A DNA stretch of 59,555 nucleotides, filler included, from Blastocystis sp. subtype 4 (Eukaryota): the NCBI RefSeq assembly GCF_000743755.1. It is 5 parts of 5 records of this genome, joined end to end, with 100 filler letters (N's around TTAATTAATTAA, not from the genome) between each part and the next. Parts side by side here need not be neighbours in the genome. Positions count along the whole stretch, not along the records: positions 35,434 to 48,035 come from NW_014569240.1; positions 48,136 to 59,555 come from NW_014569239.1; 3 more parts are not named here. One strand, written 5' to 3'. A model generated the notes under the pieces. It ran no database searches, was not told the origin of the DNA, and saw nothing but the letters and a program-made list of their open reading frames with translations. Positions 35,605 through 48,525 of this stretch are shown piece after piece; position 1 is the first letter of the stretch, and each line of letters begins with the position of its first letter. The position numbers and the translations under genes are program-made.

Positions 35605-38502
35605 TTACAAGACTTCACGATGCTTCTTAATTCTACTCTTCAAATAGCAAAAACAAGTGTACAAAGCGAAGCAAAAGTTGCAAACACGCACACCTACAGA
35701 TAGGTTCAGCTCTGTTAACACCACTCGCCGATTACAGTGTTTATTACAAAAGATATTCCCACAGAGACGACAGTGATGCCGTCGACTCCTCATTGGATGT
35801 CGAATCGTGGAAAACTGTACTGAACATCCTGGATCCATACACTCGGTCACTAAGTAGTCTGGAATCCATTGAACTAGATAATAAGATACACAAACAACCA
35901 ACATGGTAACGAGCTCTCTAATGGCTTGTAGACATAAGGAAAACAAAACTCACAGACAAAGGAAGGAGTACTGCTATCCATGAACAGCTGACGTACACAA
36001 TGCTTTGGACAGTACCAGCGTTCACACACACAGCACTGTCGAGACTTCTTCTTGATGAGAGGTTCTGTGCACGATCGGTAGTTACATCGACTCTGGTACT
36101 CCTCTGTGAGAGCTAATGCTTACACAGACCGTTATTTCCTACAGAGAAGATTGATAAGATTCGTTTTGATCGAATCCGTCAGTGTTCCAAACACGACTGT
36201 AACGGGGAAAGAAGCCTTCTTGATCAGAGTGAGGATCGAGAGATAATCCATGTCAATAACCACTGTATCGTTGATTTGCATGATCGAACTGTTCAGTGGT
36301 ACTTTCATTCCATTATCATTGTTGTCAAAGCGATCCACTCGTGCCAGAATGGCATTTCGGTTATGAGCTCCGCACTGAAGAGAGATTCCCAGAGGAGATG
36401 AAACGAATGTAACCACAATGGGTCGTTCTGTTACCGAGTCACTAGAATGCCTGGAATGAGGTTTCACAGCAACCATCATCTTCTTATGTGATACCAGAAT
36501 TCCATCATAACAATTGTCGCAAAGGCGAATCGTGTTTCCATCAACTCGATACATTGAAGGAAGATGCTAGCTATGAGAGAACGAACACAAGCCAACCTCA
36601 TCACAGAAAACGAAACCACAATTCTGACAACGACGGTTCTCTGCATTCTTCGATGTGTCGTAGATAAGTCGATGACATCCAAAGTACTGGCAATATGTTA
36701 CAGAAGCAGATACTTCGGAGATAGATTCAGTTTCAACTGCTGGTCCACTGCTTAGAGAGGAGAATTTCTGGATAAGATTGTTCTCACTATTCAAACTGTT
36801 AGAAGAGAGTTGTTCCATGGGTACACGTTGAAAGAACCAACCGTCACTTGTTGGAGATTCTTCTTGATGGGTGAACACACTATCAGAGTCACTTGATGTG
36901 AATGAACAATCATTGGTGTGTTGGAATGGGATGAAATTGAAGTCGTTTGCACCCTTTTGGTGCTTATCGGGTGTAGTGAGTGTTTGGGATAATGGGCAAT
37001 CAACAGAATGATCCGTAAGGTGACCAGTAGAAGCGTCGGCATGATGATCAACAGAATGGTCCGTAAAGTGATCAGTAGTAGCATCGGCATGATGATCAAC
37101 AGAATGATCTGTAAGGTTGTTAACTTGATGGTCCGTATGGGCCACAAAATGATCAGTTAGGCCTGTATACGGGTCACTGGGATTCTCCCTCCAGGATCCC
37201 CCAGGATTCGAACTATACACAGAAGAGGCATAATTGAAAGGAACAGGATGAGGAGCCGAAGGATCAAGGAGAGCAGCCAAGGGATCTCGCGAAGGAACAT
37301 CACTTGAAGGAGAGATTGAAATGTCTTTTAGTTCAATAGATGTGTTGGGGAGAAGAGAAAGGAGATCCACAGCTGTACTGGAGTCTGTCTCGGATCCATC
37401 CACAACTGGATTCTTTGGAGGAGGCAGTACCGGAATTGAGAAGGTTAACTGAGGTTTGGGAGTTTCATTACGACTCTTCTCACTAATATCACTCTCACTA
37501 GCACCTGTACTCTTCACTACTGTATCACAAGACAACAGTGCAACAGAAGCAGGACTCTCTTGTGATCTGGTAGTCATTGGAACTGCTATCTGAGGAGAAC
37601 CAACCATTAGTGCAGAAATCTCATCTTCCACCTTCCGTGTGATACTAGCAGACTGTAGCAGCGAAGGACGACGGGAAGTTCGAGCCAGAATCGAACGATT
37701 CTTCGTACCTGGCATAGTGGAAGCAAGGGCAGACTGATGAAAGACAGGAGCTGGAGAGACTAAAGGAATAGATTCTCGTGGAGAAACGGTTGAAATCGGT
37801 TTCTTACGTTCTGGATGAGAGGAATGAAATCGAGAAGAGGTCTTGTTCGGACTAATATGCAAAACCACCATCCCATTGCCTTCAACCACATCATTTGTTA
37901 CAATAAATGACAACCGAACACATTGATCCATCTCGCTATATAGAAATAATACCTCCCGCTTAAAAGATTCAATAGTTGCACTCTCCTCAATTGTAATCAA
38001 ATTCACATCCTTGCCTTGCTGCAACGTCTCTGCTTCCATACGAATCGAAAATCTAACATGAACATTCTTTTGATTTCCTACAGTTTGTATCGAATATTTC
38101 CATCCACAAACGGAAAAATATGATTTACAAAACAATAGTTGAGTAGATGATAGATCGTCTACAAGTCCACTCTCCATCCCAACCATACACGGCGAATGGT
38201 AGTTCCAACTGCTAACGATAGCTGATATGGAAATTCATGTTGGATTGCCTTCATTGATAGGTTCCTCCACAAGTTCTCATGTGAATCTAATGGTGTTTGG
38301 TACAAGCTACTGATACTTTTTGATTTCATTTCAGTTGGAGAAATGCTCTCATCCGACTTCTGTCCCACTATGGTCGAAAAGGACTGAACCATACCAAATT
38401 GAGTTAGGTCGTTGGAGTGATTAACTGGGGATTCCCGTCCATAACTAAATCCCTACAGAATGACCCAAACTCCTCTTGGTTTACCTCATAATATTCACTC
38501 AT
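35605..38502 (-). CDS. Large protein with a Ser/Pro-rich region, a PDZ-like domain and FYVE-type zinc fingers (one canonical, two degenerate)
   Basis: WIPDYLVTEC...RRHHCRLCGNIFC...VRVCNFC canonical FYVE; SPLGISL...IMQIND...FPVTVVF PDZ; RRCQNCGFVFC...IRLCDNC. Confidence 0.8.
36998..37156 (-). repeat. Imperfect coding tandem repeat, (L/F)TDH(S/F)VDHHADA-like units
   Basis: GATCATTCTGTTGAT and CATCATGCCGA blocks recur. Confidence 0.7.
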
Positions 38503-38596
38503 TGAAACAGAGAAGACTGAATAGAGAAAACGTTAACAACAGATTTCTTTTTTGGCCTATACAAAGTTTGTTCTTTTTCTAGAGGTGACTGTTTCT

Positions 38597-40488
38597 ATGA
38601 GCTTGGACACAATGGAAGATGAACGGAGCTTCATCAACAGCAGTACTGTTTTTGAACTTCCAATTGAGGAAACTGCCATGCTGCGGAAGCAATTGCGATA
38701 TGGATTTGATACTGTATGTTCAATTCTAGAGGAGATTGGATACTATGGGTAATGAACGTTCTGAATATGTCATATAGTGTTCGACTACGCAAACGAGACG
38801 AATTGGATCCGTTTGAAACTCTTGTTGGAGGATTGTCCTGGTGCATCGGTTATATTAAGCCTGAATTCAATCGAGATATTGTGTACACAGAAGGCATGTC
38901 ATTAGGAAAGAAAATTGCCATTTCAGAAAAGATCATCGTCTGTCTTCAACAGTACTATGTGTATTTCGTATTGTTAGATTAGAATGAATTATCCTGAGCG
39001 TCTGTGGCCTCAACAAATCCAAGGAATGGACTATGTAGCGATGGGCAAGGTGCTACAGTGGTTGAAGGTGCAGATCATGGACATTCGGAGTTCTATTCCA
39101 GCCTTCGAATCGTTGGCTGCGCAGCAAATGTTTGAAGACGAGTTTGTTTTTGATGTGACCGATTGTCCAACAGAGAAACATCTTAGAACTTGGCTTCCAA
39201 TCGTACAAGCCACAGAAACTGTAGAATTGCCTTCTCTAACTCCAAGGGATTCAGATGAGTCTTCAGTCAGTACGTCTTAGTTAGTAAATTAACTCCAGTT
39301 TTTCCTTGTGATCCTACCACCATTCATACCTTTCCGATCTATCTAAACAGTCGGTGTTATAGTCAGAGCAACAGTTACAATGATGAGATTCTGACCAGTG
39401 TGGATAGTGTGGCTACTACCGAATTCTCCTTAGCAGATAGTCCAATCACTTACGAGGAGACTGCAGAGGACTTGAGTCAATCCACAGACATTGTTCAGTT
39501 GATGCGAATGAAGCAACTGCGTATTGAAGAAATCTTACGTCTGCGGCAGAAAGAAGAACGTCGTGTACGCCAACTGAACGAGTACAAGAAACAGTATGCT
39601 GCTCTGCAAGATCACTATCGTCAAGCTGAGACAGCAATTCAGAGTCTGGTCGTTCGAGAGAACAATGAAGAGTAAATGAGAAAGAAGGGAGTGAGCTATA
39701 GAACAGCAGCCAAGTTACAGGAATTGAAGGGATTATTGAAACTATTGGAAACGCTAACATTGCAATATAACCGCGATAAGCAGGGATACAAAGAAGAGAT
39801 CTTATCTCTGAATAAGCAGGTACAACGACATCAAGAAGCAGTAGAACATGAATGTCAACAGTATGAATTGATTCTCAATATCGACAGGAAGGTCTCAGCC
39901 AGTTTGGCTTCGCTTCTTTCTATCTATCGAGGAGTAAATCTTGACATTTTGCGATCTCGGAGTTATCTGGAACGGATTCCATCTAAACCTGAACTTCTCT
40001 TTGTACGACTTGATCAGAATGATGAGATGTAGTTTGAAGGAGAGATTGCACAATTCATGGATCTCATTATGGAGAGTTCCACACAACTATCTCAGTGCTA
40101 CGATGTTCTGAATAATCTGCGTGATAATTACGCCTCTCAAATGGACCACCTAACTTTTCTTCGTTCCCTATCAAGTGCCTTGAGACGAAATCGATCGGAA
40201 GTTCAACATGTGAGTCGACTCCTGATTGAACAGTTGGAATACGTAATCCAACGTGGTTTTGAAGGGGAAGGATGATGATTAGAATTGACACGGATCCTAC
40301 AGCAATATAACATTGAGCTAAAGAAAAGAAACCGACTGCTAAAAGCAACGGTTGGTAAGCAGACTGTAGTGTTGGAAAAGAAACGACAGCATTCCAAAAT
40401 GATGCAGAACTTCCGACAGGAATGTACAGCAAATAAGGAACTGATAAAGCGGATTCGAGAGTTGCAGAACCGAAAGAGTAATCTTTAA
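38597..40488 (+). CDS. CCDC93: CCDC93 (CCC/Commander complex subunit), multi-exon
   Basis: LDPFETLVGGLSWCI, SLGKKIAISEKI, PQQIQGMDY, LQWL; C-terminal coiled coil with IPSKPEL. Confidence 0.88.
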
Positions 40489-40504
40489 GTGTAAGTTGTT
40501 TGTT

Positions 40505-41425
40505 ATGGAACCCATCGAATTTTGTAAGGTATTCTTGGAAGATGAAGAGTATGGGGAGACAGGAGAATGTAACGATATAGACCGTATCAGGAGTTTTTGC
40601 AAGTGGTTCCCATTGATTATGCAAAAGACGATTATTCACGTGGAGATCATGGTAAGATTCGTTGAATCATGTATAACCTAGTGATTCTTTCAGATTACGC
40701 ACGCGAATTGCAGTGTGTGTGCAGATGAGTTCACTAATGAATAGTTCGAAAACGATTGCAGCATCCATACAAGTTTCGCTTGACAACTGATAAGTATGTG
40801 AGTTATTGTTCGGTTCTGGAGTATTCCGCATTACCTGGACTGTGTAAAATGCCGCTATGGGTAGAGAAGATGATATTGGGTGATAGGTAGATGATGAAGA
40901 AACTTGGATTAGAGATTGGTGATTACGTCCGAATCGAGAGTATTGCGATTCCAAAGGGCAAATTTGTTCAAGTTCGGTTGTTGGATAAGGCATTACTAGA
41001 GATACGTGATGTAAAGTCAGCGTACATATTTCCTCTTCTTTAAGAGACACAGATTTGAACACCAGCTGAAGAATTTTATAGTCTTAGCTGAAGGGGATCG
41101 GATTCCTTTCATTTATAACGATCAGGAGTATATGATAGGTAGAAGATAATTTTGGATGTAAGAGGAATAGAGATCGTGAAGTGTGAACCAGAATGTGTGA
41201 TAGATATTAATAACACAAATTTGACAGTTGATTTTGCCTTAATGTTGAGAATCATTTGGATTCTAATTGATAGGGATGGTATCAATGATAGTACGATCAA
41301 TGACGGTGATTCTCCTGTAAGCTCGGATACGAATCAGAGTTTTGGATCTATTGGTGGTATAAGTGGAAGAAATACAAATCCAGAGGAAGAGAGGCAAAAG
41401 AGGTTGGCATTCTTCTCTCGTCATT
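40505..41425 (+). CDS. UFD1: Divergent UFD1 (UT3-domain) protein; stop completed by poly(A) (T41425)
   Basis: Spliced GDHVIL...PYKFRL...CSVLEYSA...MPLWMMKKL...HQLKNFIVLAEGDRI...NLTVDF; ends RQKRLAFFSRH-T-ctcc-TGTTTGTC. Confidence 0.8.
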
Positions 41426-41429
41426 CTCC

Positions 41430-41446
41430 TGTTTGTCAAACAAACA
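41430..41446. terminator. Back-to-back 3'-processing motifs TGTTTGTC (+, 41430-41437) and TGTTTGTT (-, 41446-41439)
   Basis: Each motif starts 5 nt after an in-frame first-position T of its own gene. Confidence 0.85.
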
Positions 41447-41450
41447 TGCC

Positions 41451-42937
41451 AAACAACTTCATCTATTAGCAAATCCTGCTTTCCCACTCGTCCATATTTG
41501 AAATGGAAAATGGAGTAACACACAAAACATACTACAAAGAAAAACAAACACAAGAAAATCTCTTGTAGCAATTGATGAGGAGTAGCAGCCTTCTCCCCTT
41601 CATAAACAAAGAAGCGTCCTGTAATGTAACAGATGCCTCCTCCAAGTGCCTGGAACATGCGAAACACGGCATTAGCAACGGTTCGCTCCTCCTTGAAGTG
41701 ATGTCCAATAGCAGTTAAACACTACAGTGAATCTCTACCCCAATTCATACAAAAGTCTGGAATCCCGAATCTGTTAGAGAAAATAGAATATAGAGAGGAA
41801 TAAAGACATGATTCTGCCACGAATTGGCAAAGTAACAGAGAATTAGAGCGCCTGAGCCAAGAAGAATGTAGAGAATGAGCATTGGATACAGTCCCAGAAG
41901 ATCGATTCCCCAACCATGGATAAAGCCAGCAAACATTTCAACCACAGTATATACAATCATATAAAGAGACACATTCGCAGTATCCACAATCTGACGATTG
42001 TACATACTGTTAACGAAAATAGACTGGAAGCCAAGACAAGAAAAGAGGGGAACCAGAAGAATCATTCGATGGTTGACAATCATCCGCAACACGGACATCA
42101 CTTCAGCTACGATATTTTGCTTGCGATGAAGTGTCACTTTCTCCCTATCCTCAGCAGCTGGTTTCAGACCAAACAGCACAATAGAACCAAATATACTCAC
42201 AGCTACAAATGAGAATCCAAAATAATTATCACTTCCTAGTAAGATGAAGAGAATGGAGGTCGATCCATTCCAACCATTGTGACCTGTGTCAGGATTCGTT
42301 TTTAATACCTTGAAGAGGATAAAAACGCAAAGATTCCCCAACACCTAGAGATGAACACTACTCTTCGTTTATACGGCTCCAGACATGTAAATACTCCAAA
42401 ATATACCTGCACGTCGCCCACGGTTTTCATCCGTAGAATTCATGGCAAGATAAACACCCTGGCACGCCCAAAATACCTATTCATAAAATAGAACCAAGAA
42501 TAATCACAGACGATGCAAATCCATGAATACAGGACCAAACTATACACAACCATGGAATGATGTATACAAATACAAATGTGTACATTCTATGTCAATTAGT
42601 TAAGGTTAGAAAAGCATACGGATATTCCATTGCCGCACAGGCCATAGCAAAACGTTCATTCTTGAACATAGATACCATGGATGGAACAAAGAGATTTGCA
42701 AATGCATAGCCAAAATAAGCGATCGAAAGAGACACTGAACCGAGAGAACCAAGTAAAGGGACAGTATAGCTTTGACTAGTTTTTAAACCTGTAGAATGAT
42801 AAGATTTTTCGTGAATTACCAAAATAGATAAAACCAAAACCGATCGACAAACGAATAATATTCCGGAAGTTTTGGTCCGATTTGTATTCCTCTCTAGATG
42901 AGAAACTAGAAGAAACTGGTTACAGAAATGATGGCAT
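41451..42937 (-). CDS. UNC-93-like MFS transporter, multi-exon; stop completed by poly(A)
   Basis: NIIRLSIGFGFIYFG, WACQGVYL, GIFWSIY, RMILLVPLFSCLG, ANAVFRMFQALG; ends LIDEVV-T-ggca-TGTTTGTT. Confidence 0.85.
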
Positions 42938-43104
42938 ACGAAGGTTTGCTGGGAGAAGCGTAGTAACAGTAGTATTCCAATCGTTTGTCACTACGTAGCA
43001 ATTACGGATTGACGACGTAGTAACTGTCATTCACGGGAATACATACCTCTAAAAACACAAATACTTTTAGCATCTGCGAAAATTCTTTGATAACAAAGGA
43101 AGAT

Positions 43105-46100
43105 ATGGACAAGTCGTTGGTTTCAACATATGATGTTTCATTCAATAATGCATCATTGGGAATCACATTTGTCGAAAAAGATGATAGCTCAAAGGTTATT
43201 GTAGATGGCTTCTATCAAGAAGATGGTAAATTATTTGAAGCGGAGATGTCTATGCAAATTGCGTTAAATGACAGGGTTGTTGCCGTTCAAGGAAAGTCAG
43301 TATCTGGACTTGATTTCTCTGCAGTGATGGTATTACTTCATACAAAAAAGCGTCCTCTTCGGATTACCTTTGAAAGGAGTGTACAGAAAGTAGTGACGGA
43401 CAACAATTGGGAGGATGTGTTGTTTGACAAGCGATTTAGCTCTCTTTATTTGAGTTTTCTCCGAAGAAAGAATATGTATCTTTGTACAGTTTGGTTATTG
43501 TACATTTTGGATATGGAACGCTTATCTTCAACAAATGGCAAACAAAAGGAAGAGTTTTTGAACTATCTTCTAGGGACATACATTCAGCCACAGGGTATGT
43601 ATTCATCCTTGTTGAGTTCCTTCACTTCGAAAGTAACGTGGACTCAGAACGTTGCAGAGACTGAATTCAGCCTTCACAAGATCAAGGTCCATTTAAAAGA
43701 ACGTTTATATACACTAAGCTGGAATTGTTTTGTCTACAGTCCCGAGTATGCTTGTAGAGTTGGATTTCTTTGTAGATATCAATTTACTCGGTTAGATATG
43801 AAGCGTGTTTTGTTCAATCGTCACACTGCAAATATATTCTTGTCATTTCTTCTAACACGTGAAACATACAAAGAATTAGCTCTTTGGATGGAAATTCATT
43901 ACGAGTTATACAATCAAATCAAACAATCAGAATATCCAGAGAGTATTGAGAGTATAATTGAGTACTGTCTGTTGCATCCGATAGTGAACACAGATGATAA
44001 TGATCATAATGAGTCAATTCGCCAGTTAACGAGGGTTCTTGAGGGTTGTAAAGAGTTTGTTCAGTTGGAACATGTGTTAGAGACATTGGCCTTGGGTTAT
44101 ATTAGTACTTCTGAGACAGAGAAGGTAACCATTCCAAAGAAGGCATCTGAATCTGTTCCAGTAGATCTATCAACGTCTGTGGTAGAATCCACAGCAACTG
44201 ACCCATTTACAACGCTTGACAATTCAATTGTTTCCACTACAAATGAAGAGCTCGATCGACGTCTCTCTACATCCTCTGTAACTTCCGTAGAGGAGGAGAA
44301 TGGTTGTACCCAATATCACTATTCAGAGAGTGAAATGATTTCACTTATCACAGAATTGAATATCATCTTCTCAGGATATTTCAAACAACACTCGATTTCC
44401 ATATTTCCTGACTATTATTACGATGTGATGGAAGCATTATCCAATCAAATCGCTTCTTATTCATATCTAGATCCTCAGTCTCTCTCCTTACTGAATTATC
44501 TTCTGGAATGTATTCAAATTCGACTCTTTCAATTCCTTTTGGATGGATATTATTGTGATTTCGTTTGTACAGATCTGTTTGAGTACCTAATCAGTGAACA
44601 ACGTTATCCTTCATCCCCTTCTCTGTCATCTCGCTTATTGAGAGAATCTCGATACATGGTCGATCGCTTGAAGGATTGTGAAGAGGAGATTCCTTATCTG
44701 AGGCGTTTCATTCAAGAATACAGTGAAAATGCAATTGAGATTCTAAATGAGACTGTTATTTTGTTGTGTCTGAATTAGATGTAGGCTAGTGATAATCCAG
44801 CAGCTGTCGAAGCGGCATTGAAGTCTGTTCGAGGCGAGTCATCAGCAGGTAGCCAATAGAACATGTTGACATTGTAGATAAGCCATTCCGACCGGTTGAT
44901 CTGGAAGATATCATTCGTTATATTCACCGTCACAAGACTTTCAGTGTCCATCAGCGATCCGCACAGCCGCCACCTCATCATCTCAAGGCGTTTCAGAATC
45001 AACCAATCTTCAAGGTAATTTACTATCAAGGTGATGAACTCTCTCATTCTCTACACGAAATAACCTCCATTATGATTGAATCCTTCCAAGATACTGGTCT
45101 CTCTCCTCCTGGAGATCCGATAAGTTTCTTCCTTCCTGAAGGGTATCATTCCTTCTCATCTCCACATCCTCCACGGATCTTTCCGTTCCTTCTAGGCAGT
45201 ACGTCCGCAGAACGATGGAGTGCAGTCTCTCTAACAGTCTATTTTCCATCTTCTCAAGGCGATTCGGTGGTATATGTCCCTGAAGGATTGGTCGTGCTCT
45301 CTCCTTTCAACAATCTCGCCAAACTACATGACCGTCTCCTGTCCTTCTTGGCTACCTCCTATCAGGAGCTTCACAACGCTCCCGATGATTCGAAGAAGCG
45401 TATTCTCCAGGTGCTGTTGAAGAAGGATATGAATGGGCAGGAGAAACGTCGATTCTCTGCTGCTGTATTCAATTTTGCTGATGGTTCTGCAAGTCCTGAA
45501 TTAAAACCGCGGGGATATATCAATTCTCCCTCGCTGTTGGCAAAGGAGAGATCAACTTCGCCCATTCCCTCGCTCTCTTTGAATGATTCCAATCGCCAAC
45601 AGTCCACAGGAGTAGAAACCGCTTGTTCGCAGTCATCTTCAAGTGAATCTGCTCGCTTACGAAGGTCACTTCCAGGTCTGTTAGTAAATGAGTCCTATGG
45701 TCAGCGACCGCCTGAGTCACTCTCTCTGAACCCAGAGGTTTCCGATGCTTCCTTGTTTTACTCGCATCGTCGAATGCGAAGCGGAGATGTGAATCGATCG
45801 AAGCCTCGCCAGGGTCTCCGTTCGCTCTTCAATATTCTCTCAATTCACCATGTGTTGCTCATCCAACGTCTTCTTCTTCTCGAACACAGTGTTCTCTGCC
45901 TTTCTTCTCAATTCTCTCTCCTTACGACAACAATGGAATCCCTAAAGGAATTACTGTGTTTTTCAGTTATTCTATTCACAAATAGACGTCCGTTTGTCTG
46001 GCAGTTCACCTACTGTCCTATTCTCCCTCTAGCCGTCAAGAAGCTGATTAATAACCCAATGCCTTACTTCATGGGAACTCATAGTAGTTTCATGTAGGTG

Positions 46101-46683
46101 AACAATAGTCATATCATGTAGGACGGAGGCTGATGTGCAAAGACTTCATGGAGTTACGATTGTGAATCTGGATTTGGATACAGTGACTCTTCCTGATGAC
46201 TTGAAGGACTATCACGAGTTGTTCAGAAGTCCACTGACAAGTGTTTCTACCATCCCTATTCCTAAGGAACAAAGAGAATCAATCCTTCCTCCTCTTCCTG
46301 TGGTTCCTGATCATGACCTCCTGAAAGAGATTCATATCCACTAGTATTCATTCTTTTGTACCTTAATTGAACGGTTATTGTTACATCCTGAGTGTCAGAA
46401 TGGTGACTCTGTACCGGCATCCAATCCACAATTGACAGATGAGGCAATCAAGAAAGTGGTTCAGAAATATTTGACTTCAATGGTTCTTCCTTTTCTGCCG
46501 TGCTCAACACGTATTGTGGAAAGAAATGAACAGATCTTGATTCTAAACAAAACGGAATACTTAAAGCAGTATTCTGACTTCAATTCACGTCGATTTATGC
46601 GTCTTTTCATTGAGACATCTATGTTTTCTGTGTACGTCATAAGTGCAGTATCTTCTAGAACAAATAATAATAGTGTTTCGTAA
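43105..46683 (+). CDS. PDZ + RGS-like + DENN domain protein (putative Rab GEF)
   Basis: SLGITF...DRVVAVQG...RPLRITFER PDZ; LLLEHSVL...PFVWQFTYCPILP...PMPYFMG cDENN; FMRLFIETSMF dDENN; TAA followed by TGTTTGTT at 46689. Confidence 0.82.
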
Positions 46684-46843
46684 TTTGATGTTTGTTAAGT
46701 AATATACTGGCTCCTTATCAAGTCTTACTGAAGACTAAACTACTTGAATAATGGTTATGTTCCTTAGTCAATGTCAAGGAAGTGATTACTATTTCCAAGT
46801 GTGATACATGGATTCATAGGAATAAACAAGTTTACTAATGAAG

Positions 46844-48035
46844 TTATGATGTCTGCTGATTTTCCGGTGTGGAAGAAATAGGAGCAGCTACAACAGGAGC
46901 AACTACAACAGTGTCAATGACAGATTCGGAAATGTCTTTCGAGACTTCATCATTCTTTGATTCACCAGACTTCACATCCTCTTTCATTTCAGTCGATGGC
47001 TTATCACTCACAGGGAGTTCCAACACATTCGTCTTTCCGAACCGTTTCGAGTTGGGCATAGCAATGATGAAACACATCACAACAAATGCCAGGAAGGAGA
47101 CGACCATACATGAATAGTACGTAGCATCCCGATTCGCTGAATAGATGGCAGACAGTACCATTGGACTCACAATCAACGAGATCTGCTGACAAGAATTGTT
47201 CCATGAGAGAACCTTTCCTTGTACCTCAGGAGCATTTGTCGTACTAATAATCGAAGAAGAAGTTGGAGTTGCAAAGGCATATCCCATCCACAAGAGTGTG
47301 GATCCTACAACCGTCCAAGCAACAATACTTGATGAAGCCATAAGGAAATATCCAATCATCTCAATAATGGTTCCAGCTAAGGCAAGGTATGGAATTGGGA
47401 CACCGCAAGAACGGACAATGAAACCATACAAGAAAGCTTGTTGGAAGCATAGCCAGACAGCCTGGCAACAAGATAAGGTTGAGTAGTTGACAGAGGAGAA
47501 ATTAAACTTGTCCATAAGGAAGTATCCATATCGAGAGTCAATGGCCTGAACAACCCATCGATTCAGGAATTCGAAAGTGAGACAGAGGATCATGAGTTTG
47601 TTGGGACGAACTTTGATTCCCTTGCGACGCTCTCGAATTGAAGCATACTTCGCATTGATGCGATCTTGTACCTCCTTCTTTGCCTCTATTCTTAACATCT
47701 TCATCGTTCATCTACCTCCTGTCTTTCCTTTCATTTCAGAACGGAGTTCATAGATTACATGAACATCCTTATTCGTCTCCTCCATCATAAACAGTGCGAA
47801 CAGCAAAGCAATACCAGCAACTCCTCCAGCGAAATACAGAGGGAATGAGTAATTCTTTGAACCCAAGAAACCACCAATCGCAGGACCAATAATGAATGCA
47901 GCCGAAATAACAGCTTCTTGCACTGTCAAAAATCTGTTTCGATCTTCCACAGAAGTACAATCAGCAATCAAACTACACATTCATATGTCACATATACTCA
48001 TACGCCTGTGTTACAATTGGAGAACCAGCAAACAA
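46844..48035 (-). CDS. MFS drug:H+ antiporter (DHA1/TetA-like), 5'-truncated
   Basis: IADCTS...AFIIGPAIGGFLG antiporter motif C, EET, QGKVLS. Confidence 0.85.
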
Positions 48036-48135
48036 NNNNNNNNNNNNNNNNNNNNNNNNNNNNNNNNNNNNNNNNNNNNTTAATTAATTAANNNNNNNNN
48101 NNNNNNNNNNNNNNNNNNNNNNNNNNNNNNNNNNN
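48036..48135. other. Artificial contig spacer
   Basis: 44 N + TTAATTAATTAA (48080-48091) + 44 N. Confidence 0.97.
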
Positions 48136-48525
48136 CTCGCTGTTACTACCATCTTCCAGTACTTTGAAATCTTCAAGAAGGAGAGAGAAGAGTTGGGATT
48201 CCTGGGATTCTAAGGGGTTGTGATTGTTTGTTGACAAAGATGAAATGGGTTGTTTGATTGGATACAAAACGCAACACAGGATTACTTCGTTGTTGAACAC
48301 TGAAGAGTCTTTTCTATAGGAATCATAGACATATGCAGGTACTAATAAACAATGGAATTGCGTAAAGATTACAAGATACGAAGAAGAAACGAAAAACGAA
48401 TTGTGTCTGGGAACACAATTAGAACACGATTATTCTTTCATTTTAGGTTGTAGTTCGTGAATTCGAATCTACTTGATCGTTTCTTTGTAAATCCTAACTC
48501 TGAGTGAAAACGATCAGAACGTGTC

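Noticed and set aside
48136..48345. Possible minus-strand gene fragment at the contig start
   Set aside because: Exon-like, but no start or family could be supported
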